A model generated the notes under the pieces. It was given only the letters and a program-made list of their open reading frames with translations. It was not told the origin of the DNA and did not search any database. From Azolla caroliniana (lineage: Eukaryota > Plantae > Polypodiophyta): a stretch of DNA of 64,000 nt. The position numbers and the translations under genes are program-made. How positions within the stretch are numbered: the stretch's first letter is position 1; each line of letters starts with the position of its first letter. Shown piece after piece: positions 39,284 to 51,707 of this stretch. Location: positions 18,600,001 through 18,664,000 of the forward strand of contig JBHGNT010000012.1 in NCBI GenBank assembly GCA_043228905.1, read 5' to 3'.

Positions 39284-42200
39284 TTAGAATTGTCCTGCTC
39301 TTATGTCCCTGTCCAACCTTTCTGCATTCAATGTGCCAGGAAGTTCCCGGAACCCCTCGTTGAAAATTGAATATGCACTGAAAGGACATTATTAGTATCT
39401 CATTCCAAAAGTGTTTATATGAGCACTAATAATAAGACTAAGTGGGTATATGTCGAGTACAAACCTTACTTCTCCCTCTTGGCGCTTCCCTAAATTTATG
39501 AATATAACAGCAAATGCAGTTATCAGGATCTGCACAGGCAAAGTACAGCCAAGACAAAGCATTATTTAACTCGTTAAAATCTTCGTTATCTTATATGTAG
39601 GCTTTACCCACACAGACAATCAGTAGTTCCATTAATACTTATTTAACTTAGCAACCACATTACCCTTCAAAACCTATTGAATCCAATTGCAGACCCAACT
39701 CAGTGCCATTAATATATGTTTTACTTGTCAAACCAGACTGGCATTTCACGTTTTGGACAATGGTAATTGTCCAAAACCTTTACAATCCAATCACAAACTT
39801 ACTTATTTGGAGTGGCAAACCTATCATTGAAGGTTTGAACAATGACATTGTAGGGGTTACCTAAGAAGAATATTTAAACTTAAAACCTAATTACCATGAC
39901 CTTGTGTAATTTTTTCCTCTGCTAAGATGTGAAGAGATAACAGAGATACAGACAGCATTTACCAGTCTTTAATATAAAACTATTGACTGTGCATAACCAA
40001 ATACAAAATTGTTAAAAGGACTTACATAGACTGGACCAATATCCCACTGATAAGCTACAGGCGCCATTGCAAACCAAAACAGAACTACAACCCACCCTCT
40101 CATGCTGATGGAGAAAATCATAATCAAGATGATGTCTGCCAAATCAAAACAATAAATCATACCTCTCTCACACTAAATCTCTCTAGAGCTATCTCATAAT
40201 TTGGTAATAAAATGTACATCATATTCTGCCCTGCTTTTTCGAATGCCATTTAAGGTGGTTGCTCTAGACAGGTTATATACAATATAATTGTGTGACTAAA
40301 GCCAATGGCATGCTAGCGAACCATTTTCATTTAACAAGCTGGCTCAAATATACAAAAATCCATTATAGAAGGTTACAGTGCAGGGACGTGAACAGATTAA
40401 TTCATTCAAGATATGCTCTTGTCAGGGATAATTTTGCATTTATCCATCCAACATATACTCTTGTCAATGATAAATTTGCATATATCTATTCAACATAAGC
40501 TCTTGGCATAGATAATTTTGAACTTAACGATCCAAGATATGCTCTCAGGGATAAGTTTTCCAGCGAATTCAGATGTCCCAACAAGTTTTAACAAAAGATC
40601 ATTTCATGTGTTTGGCAAAGCTAATGAGAATCACTCCACATTCTCAGGCATTGATTAATGTAATCAAGGAGGAACATATCATACATGGGAACACACATGG
40701 AAGAGATGATCGTCTTCAGATCAAATAATCAACATAAATATGGGTGGTTCCAAAATTCCAGTATTCCACCTGTACACTAAACATATAGAGATTTGTTAGT
40801 ACTATGTATACAACTCAGGGCAAGGATGAAATAGCCTGTGTTAGACATGATGCTCAATGATCCATCCTCTTGAGATATTGGCAATGCACCATGGTGCCAG
40901 AATTTGTAATGCCATTATTATGAGTTCAGACGAGTAAAGGCCAATGTATTTATACTGCAACAGTTTTGGTAGCACCACAAGGTAAATCTTCCAAAGTACC
41001 ACTTATGGAGTTAATAAAAGCCCGACCTAGAATATATCTCCTGAAATATTTTCCCATACTTCCACAAACTCTAAAAGGTGATCCACTCAGGTAACTTACA
41101 TGTACTATTTTCCAGCTAAGTTTACAAACTTTACTAGCATCTGTCTAGATCAACATCTAAGCTCCATCATAACAGCATGTCAATGGATAGAGCATCAACT
41201 GTATCTTTCAAGTAAGAAAATAAATGTTTCATTCTCTTTGAATTATATTATGTTTAGAATTTGAATTTTTATCACTAATTTAGGAGTGCTCAATGTTTCC
41301 TCTTGTTTGAATTAAGTCATGAAAGGTATACTATATGGTAATGGAAGGGGCATAAGTAACATCTTAAGTACAAATAAGAGCATGTAATGGATAGAGCATC
41401 AAATGCATCTTTCGAATGAGAAAAAGAAATGTTTCGTTCTCTTTGAATTATATTATGTTTAGAATTTGAATCTTTCAATCACTAATTTAGGCGTGCTCAA
41501 TGCTTCCTCTTATTTAAAATTAAGTCATAAAAAGTATATTATATGATACTGAAAGGTGGCACATGTAGCATTTTAAGTACAAATGAATCAATGACAAGAG
41601 AAGGGTGGTCCAACAGTCTTTAATGTTCAACTTTAAGACATCCTGCACAGGTTTTCCGTTTTCCGGTCAAGTTATTTGAGATCAATTAAACATTGTTATC
41701 ACATTAAACAAATCGAATCAAAGGCTATTGAAATTATACCTGGTAACTTTAATTTTTGTTGTAAGAAGTGAATAATCTGCTTCTGAAATAGCGTGGCTGT
41801 TTCTGGAATACGAAAACTCTGTAGACACACAAAACAATCACTTAAAATCACAATGCACAGGAACCAGAGAGAGAAAGAGTGGAAGAAAGATTTAATTGAA
41901 GTTTTAAAAAAGCCAGACATCAAAGTGGCTTACAAGGCCCAAAAAGTTACAGTCATAACATTTTTCAGTAACTAATCAATACAAAAAGATAAGCTCATTG
42001 AAAGATTGGGAGAGAAAACGAGAACCAGGTCATCCTCATCATCGGCTCCATCCCTATTTTGAATGTGCTTAGGTGGAGCTTTAGGTGCAACTACTGCAAG
42101 AATAGAATCTGCCTAACCAAGTCATAAGAATGAAAATGTGTTAATAGTAAAATAATTAAATCATCAATCTTTGGAGGTGCCATGATAAGCTAGAAGACGA

Positions 42201-44288
42201 TACCTCCATTGATAAGTTTTACCGAAACAGGCTCATCTTTGTTGAGATCAAGTAGTGTTTTCCCTTTAAATATGAGCTTTAATCTCTCTAGAGGTAAAGA
42301 GGTTTCTTCTGCTACCAATGCCCTAAGTGCAGAGACCTGAATCAAAACACAGACAAAGATATCGCAGCACATGTATCAATATCAGAAAATTTTCAAATTT
42401 GCAACACACACACATCAATTGTTGTTAGCACATTTGATGCATTAAAGTAACATCAATACTATTTCTAACATAGAATACATGGATTTCATCCCAATCACGA
42501 TATGTATAAGAGCATTATTAGATATCTTATGCAATTCCTTTAATTTTTAGTTCTATTGTTTCATTTTTTACTTCCTATGGTATGAAGCCAACCTTAGACA
42601 TGAGCGACTTAATACACTGAGTGGACTCACTTTACTTCTCATTCTTTTGCTACAAATTTGACAGCTTCGGCACTCTGGCCTTGGTCTTATGATACATTTT
42701 CCAACGCTTCGAAAGTACTTGAAATTACATATCTCCACCATACTAATATTTCAAAGTAATATGGATAACAGAAGCAGTAAGGAAAAGCAGGAGAGAATTT
42801 CACAAGTAGATTAGTTTGGAAACTTTGATGACAACATTATATCACACGGGTCCTTTTAACTAAAGGTGGTAAGAGAATTCTCTCCATGTGAGCACAGCTA
42901 AACTAGTGATTGATGTTGTATTATATGTAGGGAATCAATAACTTTCTCTCGCTTACTCAATGATCTATTCCACAATTGCAGCTTGATGTCTCAGTATCCT
43001 TTCATTATATTGATATATCGAAGGTGAGTTAATTATTCCTCTTTTGATCATCGATCTATTCTCAACAAGAATTTCGCAGAGTCAACTTCCCCTTTAACTT
43101 GCATTTTTATGCTTCGTTTTTTAAAGGTTCTATTTGTCTAAATTATATGTTGTGACAGAAAAAAGAACATATTTGAAGATAATGGAAGTAATGAAGACAA
43201 AAGTATTAGGAAAAAAAATCTAAAATATCCCCTAATTTTTCTTTATTTTCTGAAATGCTTTAAAGTTTTCCTTATTTCCCCAAATGCAATCAGTCAAACC
43301 TGGAAAAAACAGCCGCAAGTGCTAGTTGAGCATTGGTATGGATAAACTAGCACCTTCTTCTCTCTTCCAGGGGTAGATTATAGGGCATTTGGGGAAATAA
43401 CTAAAATTCAGGTATAATAATTCAAAGGTTTCCTCTAAGCGTTACTAGATATTTTCTGTACTTGCATTCAAAGATTCTCCTGTGGTTCCTTTGTTACATT
43501 TTTTAATGACGTATATAGTGCCTGAAATCACATGTCTGTTTTTTCTGCAAATTACAGTACACGTTTGTCAAATAAACAGAGAGGGTGATGAAAACAGTGC
43601 AAAAGGCCTCAAACAAAGCCTGAGAAAATGCAAAATGTTGATCTGAATCTGTGGAAGACCTAGCATACGCATGAAAAATATTCGTTTCCAAACTTTCGGA
43701 AACATTCGGAGTCCGAACGGAATCTTGAAAAGTCAGAATCGTTTTCACATTCGAGAAACGAGAAACATTTGCAGTTGTTCAGAGTCCACAATGTTTGGAG
43801 TCGAAATGACAACAGAAACGTTCTAAGTTCTGTAAAAGTCAGAAACATCTGCTTTTCCAGAGTCAAGTAGAATCAGTGGAGTTTAGATTTGTTTCTTCGG
43901 GATCCAAGCATAATAATAAACACATTATGAATCAGAAAGCGTCTCCGCATGATGCAAGAAGGAGAGTGGGAGCGTTTCAAATTCCCTTCATTCCTCAAGG
44001 ATTGCACATGTAAACGACGACTGATTCAAAACAAGAATTCAAAGCAGGAGACGTTTGAAGGTTCTTTTTTCTTCAGGATTCAGGAAGAACAACAACAAAA
44101 AATGTTTGAGAACAGCTTCCGAGGTTTTCTAAACTCATCAGGATTCAAGAAGAAGAAACTCAGGCGCGAGATTAACTGCTGAGAGAGAGAGAGGGAGGGA
44201 GAGAGATTATCCTTACCTCCATTGTTGCAGGAAGATCGAGAGTGTAAGATCTGCCCGGAAGCGCTGTTCGAACAGAAACCCTAGCCAT
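39284..44288 (-). CDS. SAYSD1: Ubiquitin-like domain + SAYSvFN domain protein (plant SAYSD1, At2g35360-like), ~211 aa, 7 exons
   Basis: Exons (minus) 44288-44217, 42336-42204, 42108-42026, 41818-41740, 40135-40026, 39529-39465, 39377-39284 (636 nt, in frame). N-terminal UBL-like sequence (VSALRALVAEETSLPLERLKLIFKGKTL), a hydrophobic membrane segment, and the C-terminal signature NLGKRQEGEVSAYSIFNEGFRELPGTLNAERLDRDIRAGQF. Confidence 0.9.
41175..41583. repeat. ~205-bp tandem duplication in SAYSD1 intron 4
   Basis: AGCATGT(C)AATGGATAGAGCATCAA...CTCTTTGAATTATATTATGTTTAGAATTTGAAT...TTAAGTACAAAT at ~41175 and ~41379. Confidence 0.9.
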
Positions 44289-47200
44289 TTCTTTCTCTGT
44301 CTGTCTGTCTGTGTCTGTGTCTGTGTCTGTGTCTGCGTCTGTGTGTCCTACCAGAGAGAGAGAGTTGATCATTCGGTTTGTCGGTTCCTTATTGGTTTGG
44401 ACAGAGTGTCCTATTCTGCCGTTAGGCTCCAGTGACCGGCCTTGTTGATTTGGACATGGAGTCCTCTTCTACCGTAGGCTCCACTGACCGGCCGGACGGC
44501 CGGACAACACGCTCTCCTTGGGATCTATAGTCGCGTACCAACTTCGAGTACCAAGCACGTACGTGTACATTGTGTTGTCAATTTATACCTAAGCCTATTC
44601 GCACTATCACTCATCGCTCCACCAAATCTCCGATTTTTTAGCATATATCACTTGAAGAGTAGGAGGTTGCCGCTAGCTCGTATGGCCACTTCGAAACACT
44701 CAATCGCAGTATACTCTGTTTATTTGTGAATGTTCCAACATCACGTCTCGTTGAACAAAACCCACCAGCAGCACTCCTCCTACATGTCTTATTGAGGACC
44801 AAATATGAGGATTTTCAAAATTGGCCATTTGGATCAACCAGTAGCTATGCAAGTCGCCCCTTCTGTCCACGTGATGATAAACTTCAAAGCCCCTTCTTGC
44901 TTGGGAGGGCCTCTAATGCACAACAATGGGCATTATCAATTTCTCAACCTTCTTCACCTGTTGACAATGTTGTCAATCGAGTTGTGGATATGGATAATGT
45001 ACATACTAGTGATGCCCTCAATATGATTTGCCTTTCACTGTCACTATTGATAGACAAAGAGGCATGCTTTCACAATGTTGTCCAATGTATACTCTACCTT
45101 CATGTCAACCATTAACTAGACCTACTAAATTCAATGCCACACATGCAGACTCCATCAAACCATGTGAAATAATTTACTCGCCAAAACAACGACTAATACA
45201 AACCACATGCAACCCATCCATGAATCTCACACGAACTAGGCACCCCCAACCAAGGATAAACTCAACTAGAGGTTTCCCCCTCAAAATAAAGACTACATCT
45301 ACATGGATAACTTAAGCTATCACGAATATGATCAATAAGACAAGGTTTACAAAGCATTGGAGGATTATGAATGCATTGATTGATGGGAGTGTATTGTGAC
45401 AATACACACTTCCACAATATCAACTACACCCGATTTTGCCTTTCTTAAGTATCCTCCCTACATGGCCCCTCCAAAGGCACTCTAAAGACCTCTAGCTTCC
45501 CTAGTTGACATAATGCAATCTTTTACCCGAGGAGTCCATCTTTACAACTTTACGACCAATTATATGCTACTACTACAATAGTGAGTCACACCAACGTGTT
45601 TTATTTGAACTGTCCTCTAAACTACAAGGGCAAAGGCTCAATTGCCAATGTTTGTAGCGGTTACATCACAAATATCGTTCAAGTGACCACGCAAAAAAAA
45701 ACGCCAAGGTGGGTGAACTATGTTGAGCAAAATCATGTTCAACGATAAGCACCAAATAGAAGTGTGAACCCAAGTGTTAGGTGCAAAACCTATCTCATGA
45801 TCGGTTATGGTTAAGCATTTAACATTATCGATAACTAATCATGAGATAGGTTTTTGTTTATGCATGTAACACCTAGGCTCACACAAAAGGATGATATTTA
45901 GCAGTATGGGAGGCACTAAAGCAGTGCCCAATTGCTCGTCATGGAGGCATGTATTATAGCACTCTTTGAATGTAATCTTATGAACTCCATATGATAGAAC
46001 TCTTTGAGTTCTATATTGCCATGTGTCCACTATATAACTCATTGGTTTCTATTGTGGTGGGAGTTCCCACAATAGGTGTCACATGAGAGAACTCAAAAAG
46101 TTCGTTGATTTGAATTCAATGTTGGCAATCGTTCAAAGATCTCTACTCAATTTTGGAGCGTTGCCCAACGAGAGGGCACCGGATCTACGGGGGCCATAAA
46201 TGGGGTTCAAAACTAGCCATTCAACAATGTTTAGTGTAAAACCTAATTTATTGGTTCCATTGAAGTTTGTTTTTTCTTTCTCTAGTCCATAGAGAGACAT
46301 ACAAGCATATTAATCTAGACGTGGTAATGGCTTTCATTGAACATAGATTAGAGTAACTAGAGATGCGAAAATAGGTAAATTCCACTTGATAGCACCTTAA
46401 AGTTAGTGTAGTATTTTTTTGTGCCCATCTTAAAGAGCTTTTATGAGGAAAAATCTCAAGTACGATGGAAGCTCTTGAATGGTACTTATATTCCCTGTTC
46501 CATGACTAGCTAGATTTGTCTTGGAAGGGATAGGATCAACAAAGAACAAAGAGAAAAAAGAAGAGATTTTTTTTTTGTTGCTTTGAATCTATTAGCCTTT
46601 TTTGAGTTTTCTCTTTACAACCATAAAAATAAACCTCAATTGTTTTTTTTACTGAAAGAGAGGATTCCTTGTAAATAGGGAGGTCCTCATGGTTCTACCC
46701 CATCAACAACTAGGTCAAGTGATGTAGGTTTAAATCTTAAGCAATGGGTTTCATATGTATTCATCATTTTTAAAGGGTGGATAACCATACCTACAAAGTT
46801 TGCACCACTAGCAACCTAGGAAACAATGCCTTTGTTCAAAAGGATAATATTTTCATTTCAGGGGGGAATTCCATTCATCCTAAGCACGCGATATAGTCAG
46901 AAAAATTCCATACCTTGGGAATAAGATAATGTGATGTTCATTATAAAAACTTCCATAATCTTATTTTAAGTTCATTGTAAAAATATCTTGTACAAAGTTG
47001 ACATGGATCTTTTCTTGTTCCACAAGACAAGAGTTGAATAGGATAATGTTGCCCTTTGAAAAATGACCATCAACCACAAATGATACAACTAGGTTTGGAA
47101 TTTGATTGATTTGTTTTTGTTAATGGAATGAGCTCAGGTGCTCAAATTAACAACTAAGTCTTGTTAAAAATTGAGCCCCACGTCATCGACCCTACTGTGA

Positions 47201-48269
47201 CAAGTCAACCAAGCTCTTCCTCTGGCACAACCATGTAATGGTAAAGTGTGAACGTCACTTAAATATTTTCATCACCTAAAAGGCCTTTTGCGACTAATTT
47301 GAATTGAGCAAGTAACGTCTATTCCTAGTCCTTTGTTACTTTTTGAAGGTCCCCATCTTATTGTAAAGTTTAATGGGATATTTTGACACAAGTAACTTAG
47401 TAGCAAGAGCCAAAATAGGCATTGTTCGTCACCTCATGGATTGGGGGGGGGGGGGGAATCAATATAAGCCTACAGTTGTATGTGACACGTTTTTTAGCAG
47501 CACTTTCACTTACATGTGCAGTTTAATTATGATTTCTTGTTTGTTTGTGGTGGGCGGATTGTACCATGATCCTTTCTCAACAAACACAACTTTTTGATTC
47601 GTTGAAACTGTCACAAATATGACCTCTAAAAAATACGTTTTTCTCCAAAAGGCATGGATGAGGTAAATCTCTACTTTTAATAACATTTATTTCCCCATCC
47701 ATAAAATTTTAAAAAATAAAACATTTTATGTAGACATCTACACGAAAGTAAAGAGATAAAAGTTGTGCATGACTATTAGAGAAAACCATCAAAGATGAGC
47801 ACATCACATTCTAATGAATCTGAACTCAGTGTTTGAGTTAAATTCGAGATGTCCCAAAATGTAATATTTAATTATTCCATGGTTCGAATAATCGATTGCC
47901 ATGGAGATCAAATCAATGGCTAGAAAACTTTACATACTTTATTGCATTTACATACAAATTCCCAAACTTGATCAAGAACATGTGCACAACACACATCCAA
48001 AAACAATCAAATTGTCGTCTTTCGGTGTTTTACCATGAAACAACTCATGCGAAGTATATTGATGCCAATAATGGACATCGACATTGTGTTTATCAAGCTA
48101 ACAACATATAAATGACATGCATCTACCCGAAAAAATTAGACAAATTCATTTCAAATCATGTTCCAATATGTTTCTATTTTTCCTTTCTATCACGCCCAAA
48201 TTGCACCATAACTACCAATGACTGGCCTTATTATAATTATTTTGAGAGTACATCAATATTTCTTTGAAT

Positions 48270-48830
48270 GAAATAGATCCAAATCATGCAAGAAACAAAA
48301 CACCCAACCAAGCTTAAGATTATCATATACTCATTCTATTATCATATGTTAACATGATTGAAGAGAGAACTCATATCTTCTTCAACTAGACAGCAACAAA
48401 AGTAGTTGCATCTGGAGACAAGCCCTCGCAGGTCATAGATAGAAACCATTTCAATCTTCTTCAACATGCTCATGTTCAGTATAATTTGCAATCAACACAT
48501 TCCAAGTTATTCCATAGACAGAAACAAAAGTTGTGGCATTCAGAGACAAGCCCTTGTAGCTCAGAGATTGGAACCATTACAATGCTTTTTCAGCATGTTA
48601 TATCCACCAATGCAATTCCAATCAATCTACCTTTATCCAAAAAACCGAATGCTACCACAAGCTTTCAAGATAGAGAACACTATATTCCATGCCTCTACAT
48701 CTCGGTTTTGAAGGCAATTAAATACATTCTGTGCTTCTTCAAGGCAACCACATTTCACATACATGTTTGTAAACACAAAAAGGATGCTTCCTCACCATTC
48801 GAACAATGATTCTTAAGAACATGTGGACAT
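48270..48830 (-). pseudogene. Degraded PLS-class pentatricopeptide-repeat (PPR) gene fragment
   Basis: Minus-strand translations give TNMYVKCGCLEEAQNVFNCLQNRDVEAWN (from ~48770), ILKACGSI, WNALxG-like and GLSLNATTFVSV segments, and ITWNVLIANYTEHEHVEED then, after a frameshift, LKWFLSMTCEGLSPDATTFVAV* (stop at 48386-48388). These are typical PLS PPR motifs broken by stops, frameshifts and deletions. Confidence 0.85.
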
Positions 48831-51707
48831 ACCAAACATCCTTTAGTTTCTTGACAACATCATCAAACGAACATAGTTTTACATTGTCATTGTCATCATC
48901 CATGTAAATTACTTTTCGTACTAGTAATATTTGTTGTTATTACAAGCATTTGACAATATTAGAAAGACATATATGGTTTGAACAACCAAACATCTTCAAT
49001 GCATTGTTTTGTTGTAGATGCTAAATCACATTCTTGTTGCGTAGGCCATGCAAAATTATATTCACAATCATATTATTATGACCAGATGATGCACCTTATT
49101 ATTCTATGTTTTCTTCAAATTTCCCCATCATATTTCCTTATTGAGCGATCATGTTTATTTCGACAATGGAAACACATTATTTGAATCATATTGCCTATTC
49201 ACAAAATTGTTTTGAGCTCTTTGTTGAATCCAATGACTTCTTGTTTGATCGATGCCCACCATGATTGTATCCTCTTAGTGACCACAATTAGTTTGATCAT
49301 ACAAAAAACATTGATTGACAAAAATAACTAGTCGATAGCTTTTGAGGGCCATCACATTTCCTCGTGGACCTCCTTAATTCCCATCTTATCCTCCACTTTC
49401 TCCACCAAAGAATGCATTAATGAGTTTATCCCAATAGTAATTCCATTTTGCTCTTTCAATTGGACCAATTACAAGACAAACTCATTAAATGTTGAAATAT
49501 CAAACACACACATGCACTTGATATGCCATTCAATTTTACTGACATGGTAACTTTGGATAGTGACGATTTCAAACTATACTCTTCAAACTTTTTGAGGATC
49601 TATTATCTTCCTCCCTAGCTGGCTTCCAAGTGTTTACAACACAATTGTTACTACAATAACAAAGCCATAAACTAAGCCGAGAGATTATACAATGACTAAG
49701 AGGGTGAAATTGAAATCTTATAGAAATAAGTGGAGCGACTAGTTATATTTGTTTTGGACAATATTGAAGTCATCAAGACATTCTTATCATTAACAAGAAG
49801 GAGAGGTAGAAGAAGAAACCTAAGATATTAATGATGCTCAAAATAGGGAGAGAGCAAGTACATGATTTGCACCATTCTCTAATTGATCCTCTTGTTGTTC
49901 ATTCCTTAGATCTCTACTATCAACATGGACATTTGCATAAGACACTTGACCTTAACTCATGTATATTATTACGCGTTTCCTAACTTTTAAAATTTTATGA
50001 ATTTGGGCATATTGAGGATAATTTTTTATTTGCTTGATGTTAACTTTCAATGAATTGAACAACTATCTCAACTCATTGAAAGCTATAGTTTTATTGATTA
50101 CTTCCAAACAAAATAAACGAATAATGATTATTCAACACTTTGAGTGTTTTTAAAAGGTTTTTCAATTCCAACATATACAGAACACCATCACCACCAATTT
50201 GAGAGAAGTTAACGTGCGCCGTGTAGAAATATGTACTTTAGATGAAATGAACAACTTGATCGCCGAATTGAAAAGTTAACATATAATATATACATATCAA
50301 TGAAAGTAAAATCAAATTCATACATTTTCATACTAGGACGAGTAGGAATTCACTTTTTACACTATACATAATTTTTTATGATAAATTGGTTTACTCCATA
50401 ACTTTTCTTTTGACTATGATTGCCTCATTTATATGTGCCAACTAGGTGTCACATGGTGAATTAAGGCTTGCATGATGCAATCATCGAATTCTCTTCTTCA
50501 ATGACTTGAATGACTCTTAGGTCATCATTTTCTCTTCTTTAAGGACTTCAATTGCTACACCAAAATTTTTCTCTTCTTTATGGACTTTACTGCTCATAGA
50601 AACATCTCATTGTATGACATACTCCATTATGTGCACCCTCTACACGAATGCAAGGATAATTCTCATCTACAACTTTATTTGTCTCAAACTCTATTCAAAT
50701 GGTTTCCTTCATAGAGATCGAGGCATGTATTTAAGGGGCATTTAAAAGTGTAGGACCACTTGCTAGAATAAGAGTGCACTTGGGTGCTTACAATAGAGGA
50801 ATAAGCATGCATGTAGTTTTAAATGGAAGTAATGTGAACACATTGTTGAGATAGTTTGTTTCATCGTCATAAATTCAGTCCACATTGTTCTTTGAACAAG
50901 AGCATTGCATATCTAAGCCCTCCAGATTGATACGCTTGTATCAACTTCTCTTGAACACCATATCTAGATATTAACTACTATAAACTTATTGAAATAAATC
51001 ACTACAAAAATATACATATAGACAAAGGAGGTTAAAGTGGTAAATATGACATATTTGGAGGATTGATCGGCATTTGTTAATGTGCTCCAATAGCATATCC
51101 ATTGTTGAACGATAACATCATACATCCTCGAGTACATAGCATAAAGAGAGCAACATTGTGGGCATGCACAAAGAAAGGCGAGAGTGCAAAGCACAATAAA
51201 CAATAAAACATATTTCCGCATTTTACAACACTTCCGAGAGACATCAAAGAAGAATTACAAGGATCTTCCCACAGCCATTATTTCACAGGTGAGAACAAAA
51301 AACAAATCTAACAAGGAGAAATGTTTCCACTAGCTAGTAGAACTTTACAACACATTTCAAGAGGAACTTCGAAGGAGCCTCTTCCAAACTCTCTCCAAGC
51401 AGTTATTAATCTTCGGAGCCGAGGTGCCAAGGTTTTGATTTGATGGTATTTTTGGCATGGATGGGAAAGACACCAAAGACGCATACACCCTAATGATCAT
51501 TTGATTTTTGACAAATGTTTGCGTGTGTGGATTTAGAGGTTTAGGGTTTAATGTTTGGAAGGAAATGAGGCATGGGTAGCTTAAAAACTAAAACCGAAAC
51601 CCTTTCACCTAAAGGGATAATCCGGAGTCGAGATCAAAATCTATGACTCGACCATATGCTTTGTTGATGCGTCGAAGAATGTCTTTTGAGTTTCGATTTT
51701 ATCCACA

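Noticed and set aside
42994-43003. GTATCCTTT resembling a U12 intron donor
   Set aside because: It is on the plus strand inside an intron of a minus-strand gene, and all modelled introns are ordinary GT-AG.
44700-47650. Intergenic ORFs (e.g. 44726..45115) and GTGAC/GCGAC words suggestive of CACTA subtermini
   Set aside because: I found no recognisable protein motif, splice structure, CACTA terminus or TSD.
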